A stretch of DNA of 11,464 bases from Azolla caroliniana (taxonomy: Eukaryota; Plantae; Polypodiophyta). This document shows, piece by piece, positions 1 to 8,482 of the stretch. A model generated the notes under the pieces. That model made no database searches and was not told where the DNA came from. It saw nothing but the letters and a program-made list of their open reading frames with translations. The stretch spans positions 1-11,464 of the forward strand of contig JBHGNT010001158.1 of NCBI GenBank assembly GCA_043228905.1, written 5' to 3'. The translations under genes were made by a program, and so were the position numbers. Position 1 is the stretch's first letter. Each line of letters starts with the position of its first letter.

Positions 1-2635
1 GCCGGTAAGCAGAACCGGACCTCCTTCCGACCAAGGCCACCGATGAGACGTAATGCACCACTGGAGTTGGTGCATACGGATGTGTGTCAGGTAGACACGA
101 AGTCACATGCCGGAGCGCAGTACTTCGTGACTTTCATAGATGACCACAGCCGGAAGCTGTGGGCCACGCCGTTGAAGACGAAGGATCAGGTGCTATCCGT
201 CTTCAAAGAGCTCCACACGAGAGTGGAAAGAGAAACCGGCCGGAAGTTGAAGGCGGTTCGAGCAGATAACGGAGGAGAGTACCGAGGGCAGTTTGAGGAG
301 TACTGCCGCTCGAAGGGAATCCGGCTCGAATTTACCGTGCCGAAGACGCCGGAACTAAACGGACTGGCCGAGAGGATGAACAGGACCATAATGGAGAGGG
401 TCCGGAGTATGCTAGCGCATGCAAAACTACCCAAGAAGTTTTGGGCTGAGGCATTGTCGACGGCGACATACGTGATAAACAGATCACCCTCAGTACCCTT
501 GGACGGAGACACGCCACAGAGAGTATGGACCGGTAAGGAAGTGTCCTACCGGCATCTGAAGGTGTTCGGGTGTCTCGCATACGTGCATGTAGCAAAGGAC
601 CGGAGAGGAAAGTTAGATCCAAAGACCCGACCATGCATATTCCTCGGTTACGGTGACGATGAGTTCGGCTACCGAGTGTGGGACCCGGTCGACAAGAAGG
701 TATTCCGGAGTCGAGATATTATCTTCATGGAGGACAAGACGCTCGCCGACTGGGAGTCGGAGAAGAAGATAATGAACTCCGAGTCGACCGATAAGGATAG
801 ACTCTATGATGAGCAGACCCAACCGGCAAGAGAACGGTTAGCACTCGAGGAACCAGCCGGTTACGGTGAGGATACCGAAAAGGCTGAAGAAGAAATAGTG
901 GAAGCTGAAACCGGAACCGGCCTAGACCCCGAATCGGATTCGGAGGAAGAGCAGATGGACGAGCCGGTTACCGAAGTCCAAAGATGAAGATATCCTCTCA
1001 GAGAGAGAAGGGCGCCCCGGAGATTTCCGAATGCAGAGCATGTCCTGCTGACCGATGAGGGGGAGCCGGAAAGCTTCGAAGAAGCGAAGGAAGACACCCA
1101 CAGCCGAAAATGGTTAAGTGCCATGCAGGATGAGATGGATTCCCTGCATGAGAACCATACGTACGAATTGGTGGAGTTGCCGAAAGGAAAGCGGGCACTA
1201 CGAAACAAGTGGGTCTACAAGTTGAAACCGGGAGATGCCGGGAACCCCCCGAGATACAAAGCCAGGATCGTGGTGAAGGGGTTCCAGCAGAAGAAGGGCG
1301 TGGACTTCGACGAGATATTCGCCCCGGTAGTAAAGATAACCTCCATCCGGACGGTGTTGAGTATAGTAGCAAGCATGGATCTCGAGGTAGAGCAGCTGGA
1401 CGTGAAGACGGCATTCCTTCACGGCGATCTCGAAGAGGAGATCTACATGCAGCAACCGGAAGGTTTCGTGGAGAAAGGGAAGGAGCACCTGGTATGCCGG
1501 TTGAAGAAGAGCCTGTACGGACTGAAGCAGGCTCCCCGGCAATGGTACCGGAAGTTCGACTCCTTCATGACCGATCAAGGGTACCACAAGACGCAGGCTG
1601 ATCACTGCGTGTTTGTGAAGAAGTTTGAAGGAGGGGACTTCCTGATACTCCTCTTGTACGTGGATGACATGTTGATCGTCGGACGGGACCAAGTTAAAAT
1701 ACAGATGCTGAAGAAGGCTCTCAACCGGACCTTCTCAATGAAAGACTTGGGTCCGGCAAGACAGATGTTGGGGATGCACATCATTCGGGACCGGTTAAAG
1801 AAGCAACTATGGTTGTCACAGGAGAAGTATGTGACAAAGGTGCTTCACCGGTTCAACATGTCAGAAGCGAAACCAGTCGGATCGACACTTCCGGCAAACT
1901 GCAAGCTATCCGACAAGCAAAGCCTGAAGACGAAAGCAGAGAAGGCGGATATGATGAAGATTCCATATGCCTCTGTTGTCGGGAGCTTGATGTACGCTAT
2001 GGTGTGTACTCGACCGGATATAGGATACGCAGTCAGAGTGGTGAGCCGGTTCATGAGTAATCCCGGCAAGGAGCACTGGAACGCAGTCAAATGGATACTC
2101 CGGTATTTGAAGGGCACTTCAAATATGTGTCTCCGATTCGGCTCCGGAAAACCTCAACTGGACGGTTTCACCGATTCGGACATGTCGGCTGATGTGGATA
2201 CCAGCCGGTCTACATCCGGGTATGTAATGACATATGCAGGGGGGAGCAGTTTCGTGGCAGTCGAGGTTGCAAAAGACAGTTGCATTGTCAACCACAGAGG
2301 CGGAGTACATGGCGGCTGTGGAAGCCGGCAAGGAAATATTATGGATGAAGGACTTCATTGGAGAGCTCGATATCCGGCAAGAGGAATACCGACTCTACTG
2401 CGACAGTCAAAGTGCCATCCACCTTGCTAAGAATGCGGCCTACCATTCTCGGACGAAGCATATCCAGCGAAGATATCACTAGATCCAGGAAAGAGTAGAT
2501 GACCAGGAGTTCGCACTGACGAAGATCCACACGGCCGAGAACGGGTCAGATATGCTGACCAAAGTGCTGACACCCGACAAGCTGGATGCATGCCGGAAGA
2601 GAATCGGACTGGTAAGACACGCCATGCCGGAGTGA
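1..2635 (+). pseudogene. pol: Disrupted copia pol polyprotein (integrase, reverse transcriptase, RNase H)
   Basis: Frame 1 is open from base 1 (AGKQNRTSF). Integrase motifs LELVHTDVC, RADNGGEY, NGLAERMNRT, FLGYGDDEFGYRVWDP, RSRDIIFME. RT motifs RYKARIVVKGFQQKKGVDFDEIFAPVV, QLDVKTAFLHG, LKKSLYGLKQAPRQW, YVDD (1657-1668). RNase H motifs GFTDSD, AVSWQSRLQKTVALSTTEAEY, SRTKHI, SDMLTK. Lesions: TGA 985-987 (same frame resumes RYPLRERRAP), one extra G in the G6 run 2239-2244, TAG 2480-2482 at a conserved aromatic position. Natural stop TGA 2633-2635. Confidence 0.95.
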
Positions 2636-2643
2636 AGGGGGAG
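2630..2643 (+). promoter_or_regulatory. Polypurine tract of element A
   Basis: GAGTGAAGGGGGAG overlapping the pol stop, 2 nt before the LTR-initial TG at 2646. Confidence 0.92.
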
Positions 2644-2718
2644 TTTGTTGGGAGACAGGTCCCTCCGGATGGGAAGGGAGAAGAACAGTGCCGACAAACA
2701 AACTCGGCCGAGGCCGAA

Positions 2719-2934
2719 TCCGTATGAGGTGGACCCGACTACGGAGAGCCGGATGATACAGACCCGGTGAAGACCGGATGAGGAGTACCCGGTTACGGAG
2801 AACCGGACGGTACAGGCCCGGTGAGAACCGGATGAGGAGTACCTGGCTACGGAGAGCCGGATGGTGCAGGCCCGGTATGAACCGGATGAGGAGTACCCGG
2901 CTACGGAGAGCCGGATGGTGCAGACCCGGTATGA
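2719..2934 (+). repeat. Four tandem copies of a 54-bp unit in U3 of LTR A
   Basis: Units start at 2719 (most diverged), 2773, 2827, 2881; consensus approx. ACCGGATGAGGAGTACCCGGCTACGGAGAGCCGGATGGTRCAGRCCCGGTRWGA; ACCGA resumes at 2935. Confidence 0.95.
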
Positions 2935-3017
2935 ACCGAAGGAAGAGACATATTCGTAAATATGTTTCTGAGAGCCCATTGTGGCTATATTTGTAAATAG
3001 CCGAAAAGTCATATTAG

Positions 3018-3025
3018 TATAAATA
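3018..3025 (+). promoter_or_regulatory. Probable TATA box of LTR A
   Basis: TATAAATA downstream of the U3 repeats; TATTAGTATAAATA is shared with the solo LTR (minus strand, within 7881-7900). Confidence 0.75.
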
Positions 3026-3487
3026 TGACTTAGGGCAAACTAATGGTAGTTTTTGTCATTCTTCCTTGTTGGTGCAAGAAGAAGGGAGAGTGCTTAACTA
3101 TACAGAGAGAGAGAGAGAGAAAGAACGAGGTCGTTGCCTCTGTTGTAACCGCCGCCTGTGGCGAAGATCGTGAGCACGAGGTCGTTGCCTCCGTGAACTC
3201 ACTGTTTGTACATTCTTACATAGTGACAGTTTGCAGCCTGTGGGTTGCCGTGGTTTTTCCCCCTAGTTTGGGGTTTTCCACGTAAACCTCCTATGTATTG
3301 TTGTGTATCTTCCTCTTCTTCTGTGTCGTGTTCTATTTCCCGTTTTCTGTGTGTCAATCTAAGCTCGGTTGTGGCCAAGCGTTGCGCATAAGGAACGTCC
3401 AGTTCCCGACATTCCGGCATCTTCTTCTTCCCCATCTCTTAGTGTGTGAGCCGTCTCCTCAGTTCCTTGCGCGGGGAGAGCACAACA

Positions 3488-4261
3488 AAGTCTCACTACT
3501 CGCCGGTTCTTAATCCGACTGGTCATCCCGACTCAACCGCTCACTCGGCCCACTTAGCCAGAATGAGATCGGACTCTCTTCTAGAGTGCCAAAGTCTTCA
3601 TCTTCTTCTTGAACCTCTCCGAGTTCACTAACGTCATCCTCTAGAATCAAGTCTTCGTCGAGAGTTGGAATCGATAGGGAGTACCATGATGCTGACTCAT
3701 CAAACTTGACATCTTCGACCATTAGCATCGATTGCAAGTCGAAGAAAGACAGTGGTTTCTCTCGGGTGCAGATCGCTGTCCAGATTGGCCCGTACCTTTG
3801 CGCTAGACCACCGAGGCAGATTTGTACCATCTCGTCTTCGTCCACCGTCACGTTGATGGACCCAAGTGCATCATAAATCTCCTTTATCTTTGTGGTGTAA
3901 TCCGTAATCGACATGTCTCTTTGCGGGATGTTGTTTAGCTCTTGGTGGAGCTACAACTTACGGGTTGTGGTACTTACGGCGAAAATCTTCCGTAGATTTT
4001 CCCAGGCATCTTTGCATCCTTGATGTAGCTGAGCATCTGATCGTGCACACCGAACGCGAGACAATATAGTACTAGGCTCGCTCCTTGCTCCCATGCCGGG
4101 AAGTCTTTGTGTGTCGGCTCCGGTGCTACCTCGTTGGTTCCTTCCATGTAGTTCCAATAACCATGCCCCAACAAGTATTGGTGCATTTTATATGACCAAG
4201 ACGCATAGTTGCTCCGGTTGAGCTTCTCTGTTGGAAGTGAACTCGCCATACCTCTGTCCAT
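3488..4261 (-). pseudogene. gag: Decayed copia gag joined to integrase C-terminal/linker remnant
   Basis: MDRGMASSLPTEKLNRSNYASWSYKMHQYLLGHGYW (copia gag N-terminus, ATG 4261); frameshift near 4005-4015 into DAWENLRKIFAVSTTTRKL; TAG 3951-3953; then LHQELNNIPQRDMSITDYTTKIKEIYDALGSINVTVDEDEMVQICLGGL (UBN2-type gag); abrupt switch at ~3714 to DVKFDESASWYS; TAA 3510-3512. Confidence 0.9.
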
Positions 4262-4343
4262 ATCTTCTCTTTGTCTATTGTTACCAGGTTCTAGGGTTCG
4301 TTTATGAAAGCAAGTGTCGGTTGCAGAGGTTCTCAACCCTTGC

Positions 4344-4355
4344 GCTCTGATACCA
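4344..4355 (-). promoter_or_regulatory. Primer-binding site complementary to the initiator tRNA-Met 3' end
   Basis: Plus GCTCTGATACCA = minus TGGTATCAGAGC, abutting the LTR-terminal CA. Confidence 0.96.
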
Positions 4356-4818
4356 TGTCAAAGTAAACGTGCAGAAGCGTTTGATAAGCCGGCTCAGCCA
4401 AATAGCAACAAAAAATGAGAGAAGGTTTAATGGAGAAGCTTAATACACAGGGAGTATACGCGGGAGAGGCAAAAAGAGCAGAACGTAAACGTAGATTCAA
4501 AATAATAAGAACACTCTGTAAACTCTGTACATACAACGTGCTAAACAACATTATTTATACAAGTCCTCAAAAGGATTGATAGAAGTATTATGTACTTCAA
4601 TGCTCGTACAAGCGACTGACACTAACTACGAGACAATGATTACCTAGTAGCCTAGGCTACTTCTATGCTTCCGGTTTGCACTCGAATCCGGCTCTCCAAT
4701 CCATCTCCCCAATCCGGCCAATTGTTTTCGAATACCGATCCGGCTCATCCTTCTGGATGTTGATCCGGTTCAGGCTTATTCAGCCGATCTGGATCCGGTT
4801 GCGCTTGCTCGCTCAACA
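4356..4818 (-). repeat. 5' LTR of element B (~463 bp)
   Basis: Inner end fixed by the PBS. Outer end placed at plus TCAACA (4813-4818), where CCGG-rich sequence gives way to an unrelated decayed reading frame. Minus TATAAATA at 4552-4559. Partner LTR is not in the window. Confidence 0.85.
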
Positions 4819-4820
4819 AG

Positions 4821-5748
4821 AATGCATTTGAAGATTCCCTCTAGGAGCTTTAGACTACCTCTAAACAAGACCTAGAGAAATGCAAATAGGAGGTTGAAGA
4901 GGAGAAGTCCAGGCTCCTCTACAAATACGAACATGACACTTAATTCTTTCACAAGAAGTTCGATGGGATGGTCACCTCGCTCAAACACACTAAAGCAAAA
5001 CTCGAACTCAATGTCGTGACCGTCGTAGATGAGTTGCAAACACCCCATGTCAAATATGAGATGGGCGAAGAACGAGTCAAGGCTTTAGTGGCAAAACATC
5101 ATTAGAAGATGAACTACAAGGTCGACGAGGCACTGGTTCTAGGATGGAACAAGTGGTCAGGACAAGCGGCCGAATTACAAATTTTCCGAGCAGATGCAGA
5201 AAATCGAAAAAATGAGGGTCGTGATTTTTTTCAAAATGGACGAGAAGAACATTATGGTACTCAAAGAGGACCTCACCGAAGAGTTACACACCCTTGCAGA
5301 GACGCACACCACGGCGATTGGGAACCTCCTTCAAGAACTCACTAACGATCAACTCCTACTCGCCATTAAAATGGGTAGATACGAACGTGAGCGACTCGAG
5401 GCCAAGATGGACACGGTGACCTCAATGAAAGGACAAGAGGAAGCCTCCCACAAAAGCATGCCCAAGCAAGGGGCAACACGAGGACCCGAGGACCCAATAA
5501 ACGAGGATCCAATACAACAAGAACAAGAGCAAGAGCAAGAGCACAAGGATGCGGATCATCGGCAAACCGACCAGGAGGAGGCACCTCCCGAACCAGCCCA
5601 TCATACCACTATGGAGGATGAAGTACGAGGGGCGCAAGTCATGACTGTGGAACCAGATAACCACGCCGAACTCTCGGCTGAAGTCATTGACAAACCCGAG
5701 GACTCACAACAGTCGGCAAGAATTTTGCCAATTTTGGAGAAAGAATGA
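4821..5748 (+). pseudogene. Decayed ORF of unknown function (E/K/L/Q-rich, coiled-coil-like N-part, acidic C-tail), 5'-truncated by element B
   Basis: One frame from 4821 reads NAFEDSL*EL*TTSKQDLEKCK*EVEEEKSRLLYKYEHDT*FFHKKFDGMVTSLKHTKAKLELN... into ORF 5109; the five stops (4842, 4851, 4887, 4941, 5103) are all TAG/TAA, i.e. one C>T from Gln codons; a +1 shift in the A or T runs at ~5205-5235 joins ORF 5194-5748. Confidence 0.7.
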
Positions 5749-5819
5749 TGTATATTAGAATTTTTTCTTCGATTTTTCGGACCTTCAAGTTTTATCATTT
5801 TTTTCGTGGGTTCAACATG

Positions 5820-6376
5820 CAAGGCACTGTCCCACGAGCATGCCAAGTGTTACCCAGTGGGACAAGTGTGAAACAAACCAAAGGGAGTCGAGCACTAACA
5901 ACCGAAGAAGGGAAGCCGAAGATCAAGGAAGGAGCGGGTGAAAAACACTGAGCGAAAGAGAAGCTATATATATATATATATATCGAGGAACAACAAACGG
6001 GAGGGAGAGGATATCAGAAGACTAAGCCTAGGAATAGATTAATAGAGAGTGTGTGAGTGTTTTACGGATTATACTCAATACTTGTATTTGTACTTGTATG
6101 CTACACTTAAGTGAATATACATATAGGCTTTGTGGGTAGCCTTCGTGTGTGTCTCATTCTTATTCACATCTCTCTATATAACGTTCGGTTTGTGCACATA
6201 CGAATATACGAATCGGTTGTAGCCCATTCCGCAATATGTCAATCTCCTTCTTTGTAAGAGATTCCATCAGCACTCGTTAGTATGTTGTGGCCTTGATTCC
6301 CTTACGCACCACAATTCCTTGACCCGATTACTTAGGAGGAGTAATCGAAGGTGTTCTCCAGGAGGGAGTAACAACA
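5820..6376 (+). mobile_element. Probable LTR remnant (element C); left boundary and PPT not found
   Basis: Purine-rich stretch, (TA)n at a TATA-like position, GT/T-rich downstream tract, short inverted repeats, end in GTAACAACA (6368-6376). No second copy in the window. Confidence 0.45.
5965..5983. repeat. (TA)9 microsatellite
   Basis: Direct reading. Confidence 0.95.
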
Positions 6377-6423
6377 TTCCATAATGGCATCTAGTGAATT
6401 AAGAGATATGTATGGAGTATATA

Positions 6424-6508
6424 ATAGAGAGGTGAGTAAAAATTGGTTTCGAACCCAAGACATAGTGTCTTGTAGTGTAACAACTTATCAATAGGGTAAG
6501 CTAATTAC

Positions 6509-6546
<38 letters not shown>

Positions 6547-6670
6547 CATGGGTTCAACCCCTACATTCCAATAGAGAGGTGAGTAAAATTGGGTTTGAAC
6601 CCAAGACATAGTGGATTATAGTGTAATAACTTATCAATATGGTAAGCTAATTATAATTTAAAAGAGAGAG
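6424..6670 (-). repeat. Two copies (period 146 bp) of a ~95-bp unit containing a Pol III B-box-like motif; tRNA/SINE-like
   Basis: AATAGAGAGGTGAGTAAAA...GAACCCAAGACATAGTG...AACTTATCAATA.GGTAAGCTAATTA occurs at 6424 and 6570; minus-strand GGTTCGAAACC (6445-6455) and GGTTCAAACCC (6591-6601). The duplication is certain; tRNA origin is inferred. Confidence 0.75.
6513..6544. repeat. (AG)16 microsatellite
   Basis: Direct reading. Confidence 0.95.
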
Positions 6671-7526
6671 AAATTAATTTTTGCTAGAGACAAATTATTA
6701 TAGGCATAACCTTCCAAACCAAGTTTATAGCTCATTTTTAAGGATAAAGAGTCCTGAGAGTTGAGAACCAATTATCCTCGGTTATCCTAGTATTTAGGAC
6801 AAACCCGTATGGACTTATACATGTAGGAACACCTAGTGGTCTAGGAGCCTTCATTACAACAACTTGAGACATTATTGAAACTCTATTGTTGAGGCTAACT
6901 TCTCTTCTTCGGGTCTATTATTCAACAATTTTGGAGGTATGGGACATTGATGGTATTTTATGTTTGTTTCATGTCCCTCGCTCTAGGGTGGTCATTGTGG
7001 TTTAACATCCTTGATCCATTCTTCCCCTAAATCTCTTATTCATTTCCCATTGTTTGTTTGATCCGTAATATAGACCATGATTTCAAGTATGTTATGCATA
7101 AACAAAATATAAGTTATAACTTTCCAAAAACTCAATGATCGTGATCGTGATCGTATTGTGTACGATATTTTGACTAGACAGTTTACGAGCATGAAATGCA
7201 TAACTTATATCTATGGGTTGAGTAGTGGTCATTGGACATTGTACCTTCAAGTTGGTTGGTGGGGCTATTGTGAAGTTCAACAAGTGGATTTGGGTGTCTT
7301 ATTGTAGATTATAGCTATTGATGTTTTGGCCCATGTGCGTTATATCCTGTAACTCGTGGTCTACATTGTCCTCGCCATTCTTCAACTCACTCCATGTTCA
7401 CTCCATGGCATGTTGCCTATGGAGTTGTGGAGTTGAGAAAGAAATATGAATTGTGAGATTGTTGTTGTAGCCTCCACGTTAATGTAAGGGTTGACTCCCC
7501 ATGCTTTTGAAGCTCGAGTAAGATTT

Positions 7527-8109
7527 TGTTATGAATATGTATTGCATAATATGAAGCCAACTACAACCAATCAACACGTGCAAATGAGAGACAGAAAGAT
7601 GAAGACAGCAATGAACAATAAAAGTGTAGAGACACAATATCTTTTAACGTGGAAAACCCTGAAAGGGAAAAACCATGGGAGTCCACAAACTCAAAGAAAG
7701 TCACTAAGGTAGGAGGAATATACAATAAGAAACTCCAAGGCGACGACCTTGAGTTCTTCTTCGTCCATAGACGACTACAAAGTTACCACTCTCACTCTCA
7801 CTCCTATGCTCAAGTTGCACTCACACTCAGGTACACACATTACAATAACTACATCATCATAATGATTTGTCATGCTAGATGTATTTATACTAATAAATAC
7901 TATGGGCTATTTACAAATATGGCATGTCTTAGGCATACCAAAACATATTTACAAATATGTCCTCTTCGGATGGCTTCCATCCAATCCGGCTCCGAATCCG
8001 GTCTCTCATTGATCTTCATCCGCTCCAGCACTCTTCCCATTTGGTTCTTGTTCTTCAGACTCCGATCCAGCTCGTGCTCTTCCCATCCGGAGGGGCCTGT
8101 TTCCTAACA
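7527..8109 (-). mobile_element. Solo LTR (583 bp) of a copia family related to element A
   Basis: TGTTA...TAACA termini; exact 5-bp TSD GATTT at 7522-7526 and 8110-8114; minus start TGTTAGGAAACAGGCCCCTCCGGATGGGAAG vs LTR A TGTTGGGAGACAGGTCCCTCCGGATGGGAAG; shared TATA region and TGGTTTTTCCC...GGGTTTTCCACGT block; no PBS or PPT alongside. Confidence 0.95.
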
Positions 8110-8482
8110 GATTTTGCCAAGTGTCATGGGCATGAATTCTCCATCATTTGTTAAATGGTGGTAGAGGTTTCCGTGTGTGCCATACTTTTCTTTCATGTGC
8201 TTGAAACCAACATGAATCTTAACTCCATAGACCCCTTACACTAAGTCACACTCGATCACATGAGCTAGGTGCTAAAGAGACAAACATCGAGAAATTTAGT
8301 GTATTTAAGTTTCATGGGCCAAAATTAGCTTCTTTGCCGACCATAAAATTTCTAATTTTAACTTGGGTACATACACGAAATGGTCTTTTTATTGTCACAT
8401 GCTTGGTAGATGGTGTGAAAAATAGAGATGGCTTCTTTTAAAAGCTTTGAATGAGTAAAAAAAAGAAAAACCAATCATTTTT

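Larger units (their letters stand above)
1..3487 (+). mobile_element. Ty1/copia LTR retrotransposon (element A, Tnt1/Tork-like), 3' half; 5' part lies outside the window
   Basis: Domain order integrase > RT > RNase H (copia order), then a PPT and an LTR starting TGTTG (2646) and ending CAACA (3487). Sequence after 3487 belongs to a different, minus-strand element. Confidence 0.96.
2646..3487 (+). repeat. 3' LTR of element A (842 bp)
   Basis: TGTTG...CAACA inverted termini; follows the PPT; TATAAATA at 3018-3025; three blocks of clear similarity to the solo LTR at 7527-8109. Flank AAGTC (3488-3492) is the expected right TSD copy. Confidence 0.9.
3488..4818 (-). mobile_element. Ty1/copia element B, 5' part (LTR, PBS, gag, integrase tail), internally deleted and interrupted by element A
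   Basis: On the minus strand: LTR TGTTGA...TTTGACA, directly followed by TGGTATCAGAGC, then copia gag-like frames and a DVKFDES integrase C-terminal motif with an acidic linker cut at 3488. Confidence 0.92.

Noticed and set aside
985-2482. Programmed readthrough at 985 or programmed frameshift at 2239-2244
   Set aside because: Copia pol is normally one frame here; the shift falls inside RNase H and is followed by another stop, so decay or a homopolymer error is simpler.
186-2530. Antisense and alternate-frame ORFs overlapping pol
   Set aside because: Shadows of a GC-rich coding sequence with no independent motifs.
2719-2934. CRISPR-like array
   Set aside because: Units are contiguous tandem copies with no unique spacers, there are no cas genes, and the context is a eukaryotic LTR.
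2479-3012. ORFs 2479-3012 (-) and 2778-2996 (+) with 18-aa repeats
   Set aside because: They stay open because the 54-bp unit is a multiple of three; they lie in LTR U3 and have no protein motif.
7491-8154. ORFs 7491-7712, 7649-8107 and 7957-8154
   Set aside because: They lie antisense within or across the solo LTR and have no recognisable product.
7418-8235. About 75 open codons on the minus strand across the reconstructed pre-insertion site of the solo LTR (GVKIHVGFKHMKEKYG...GKILLELQKHG...)
   Set aside because: Short, no motif I recognise, followed by several stops; may be a TE remnant but cannot be called.
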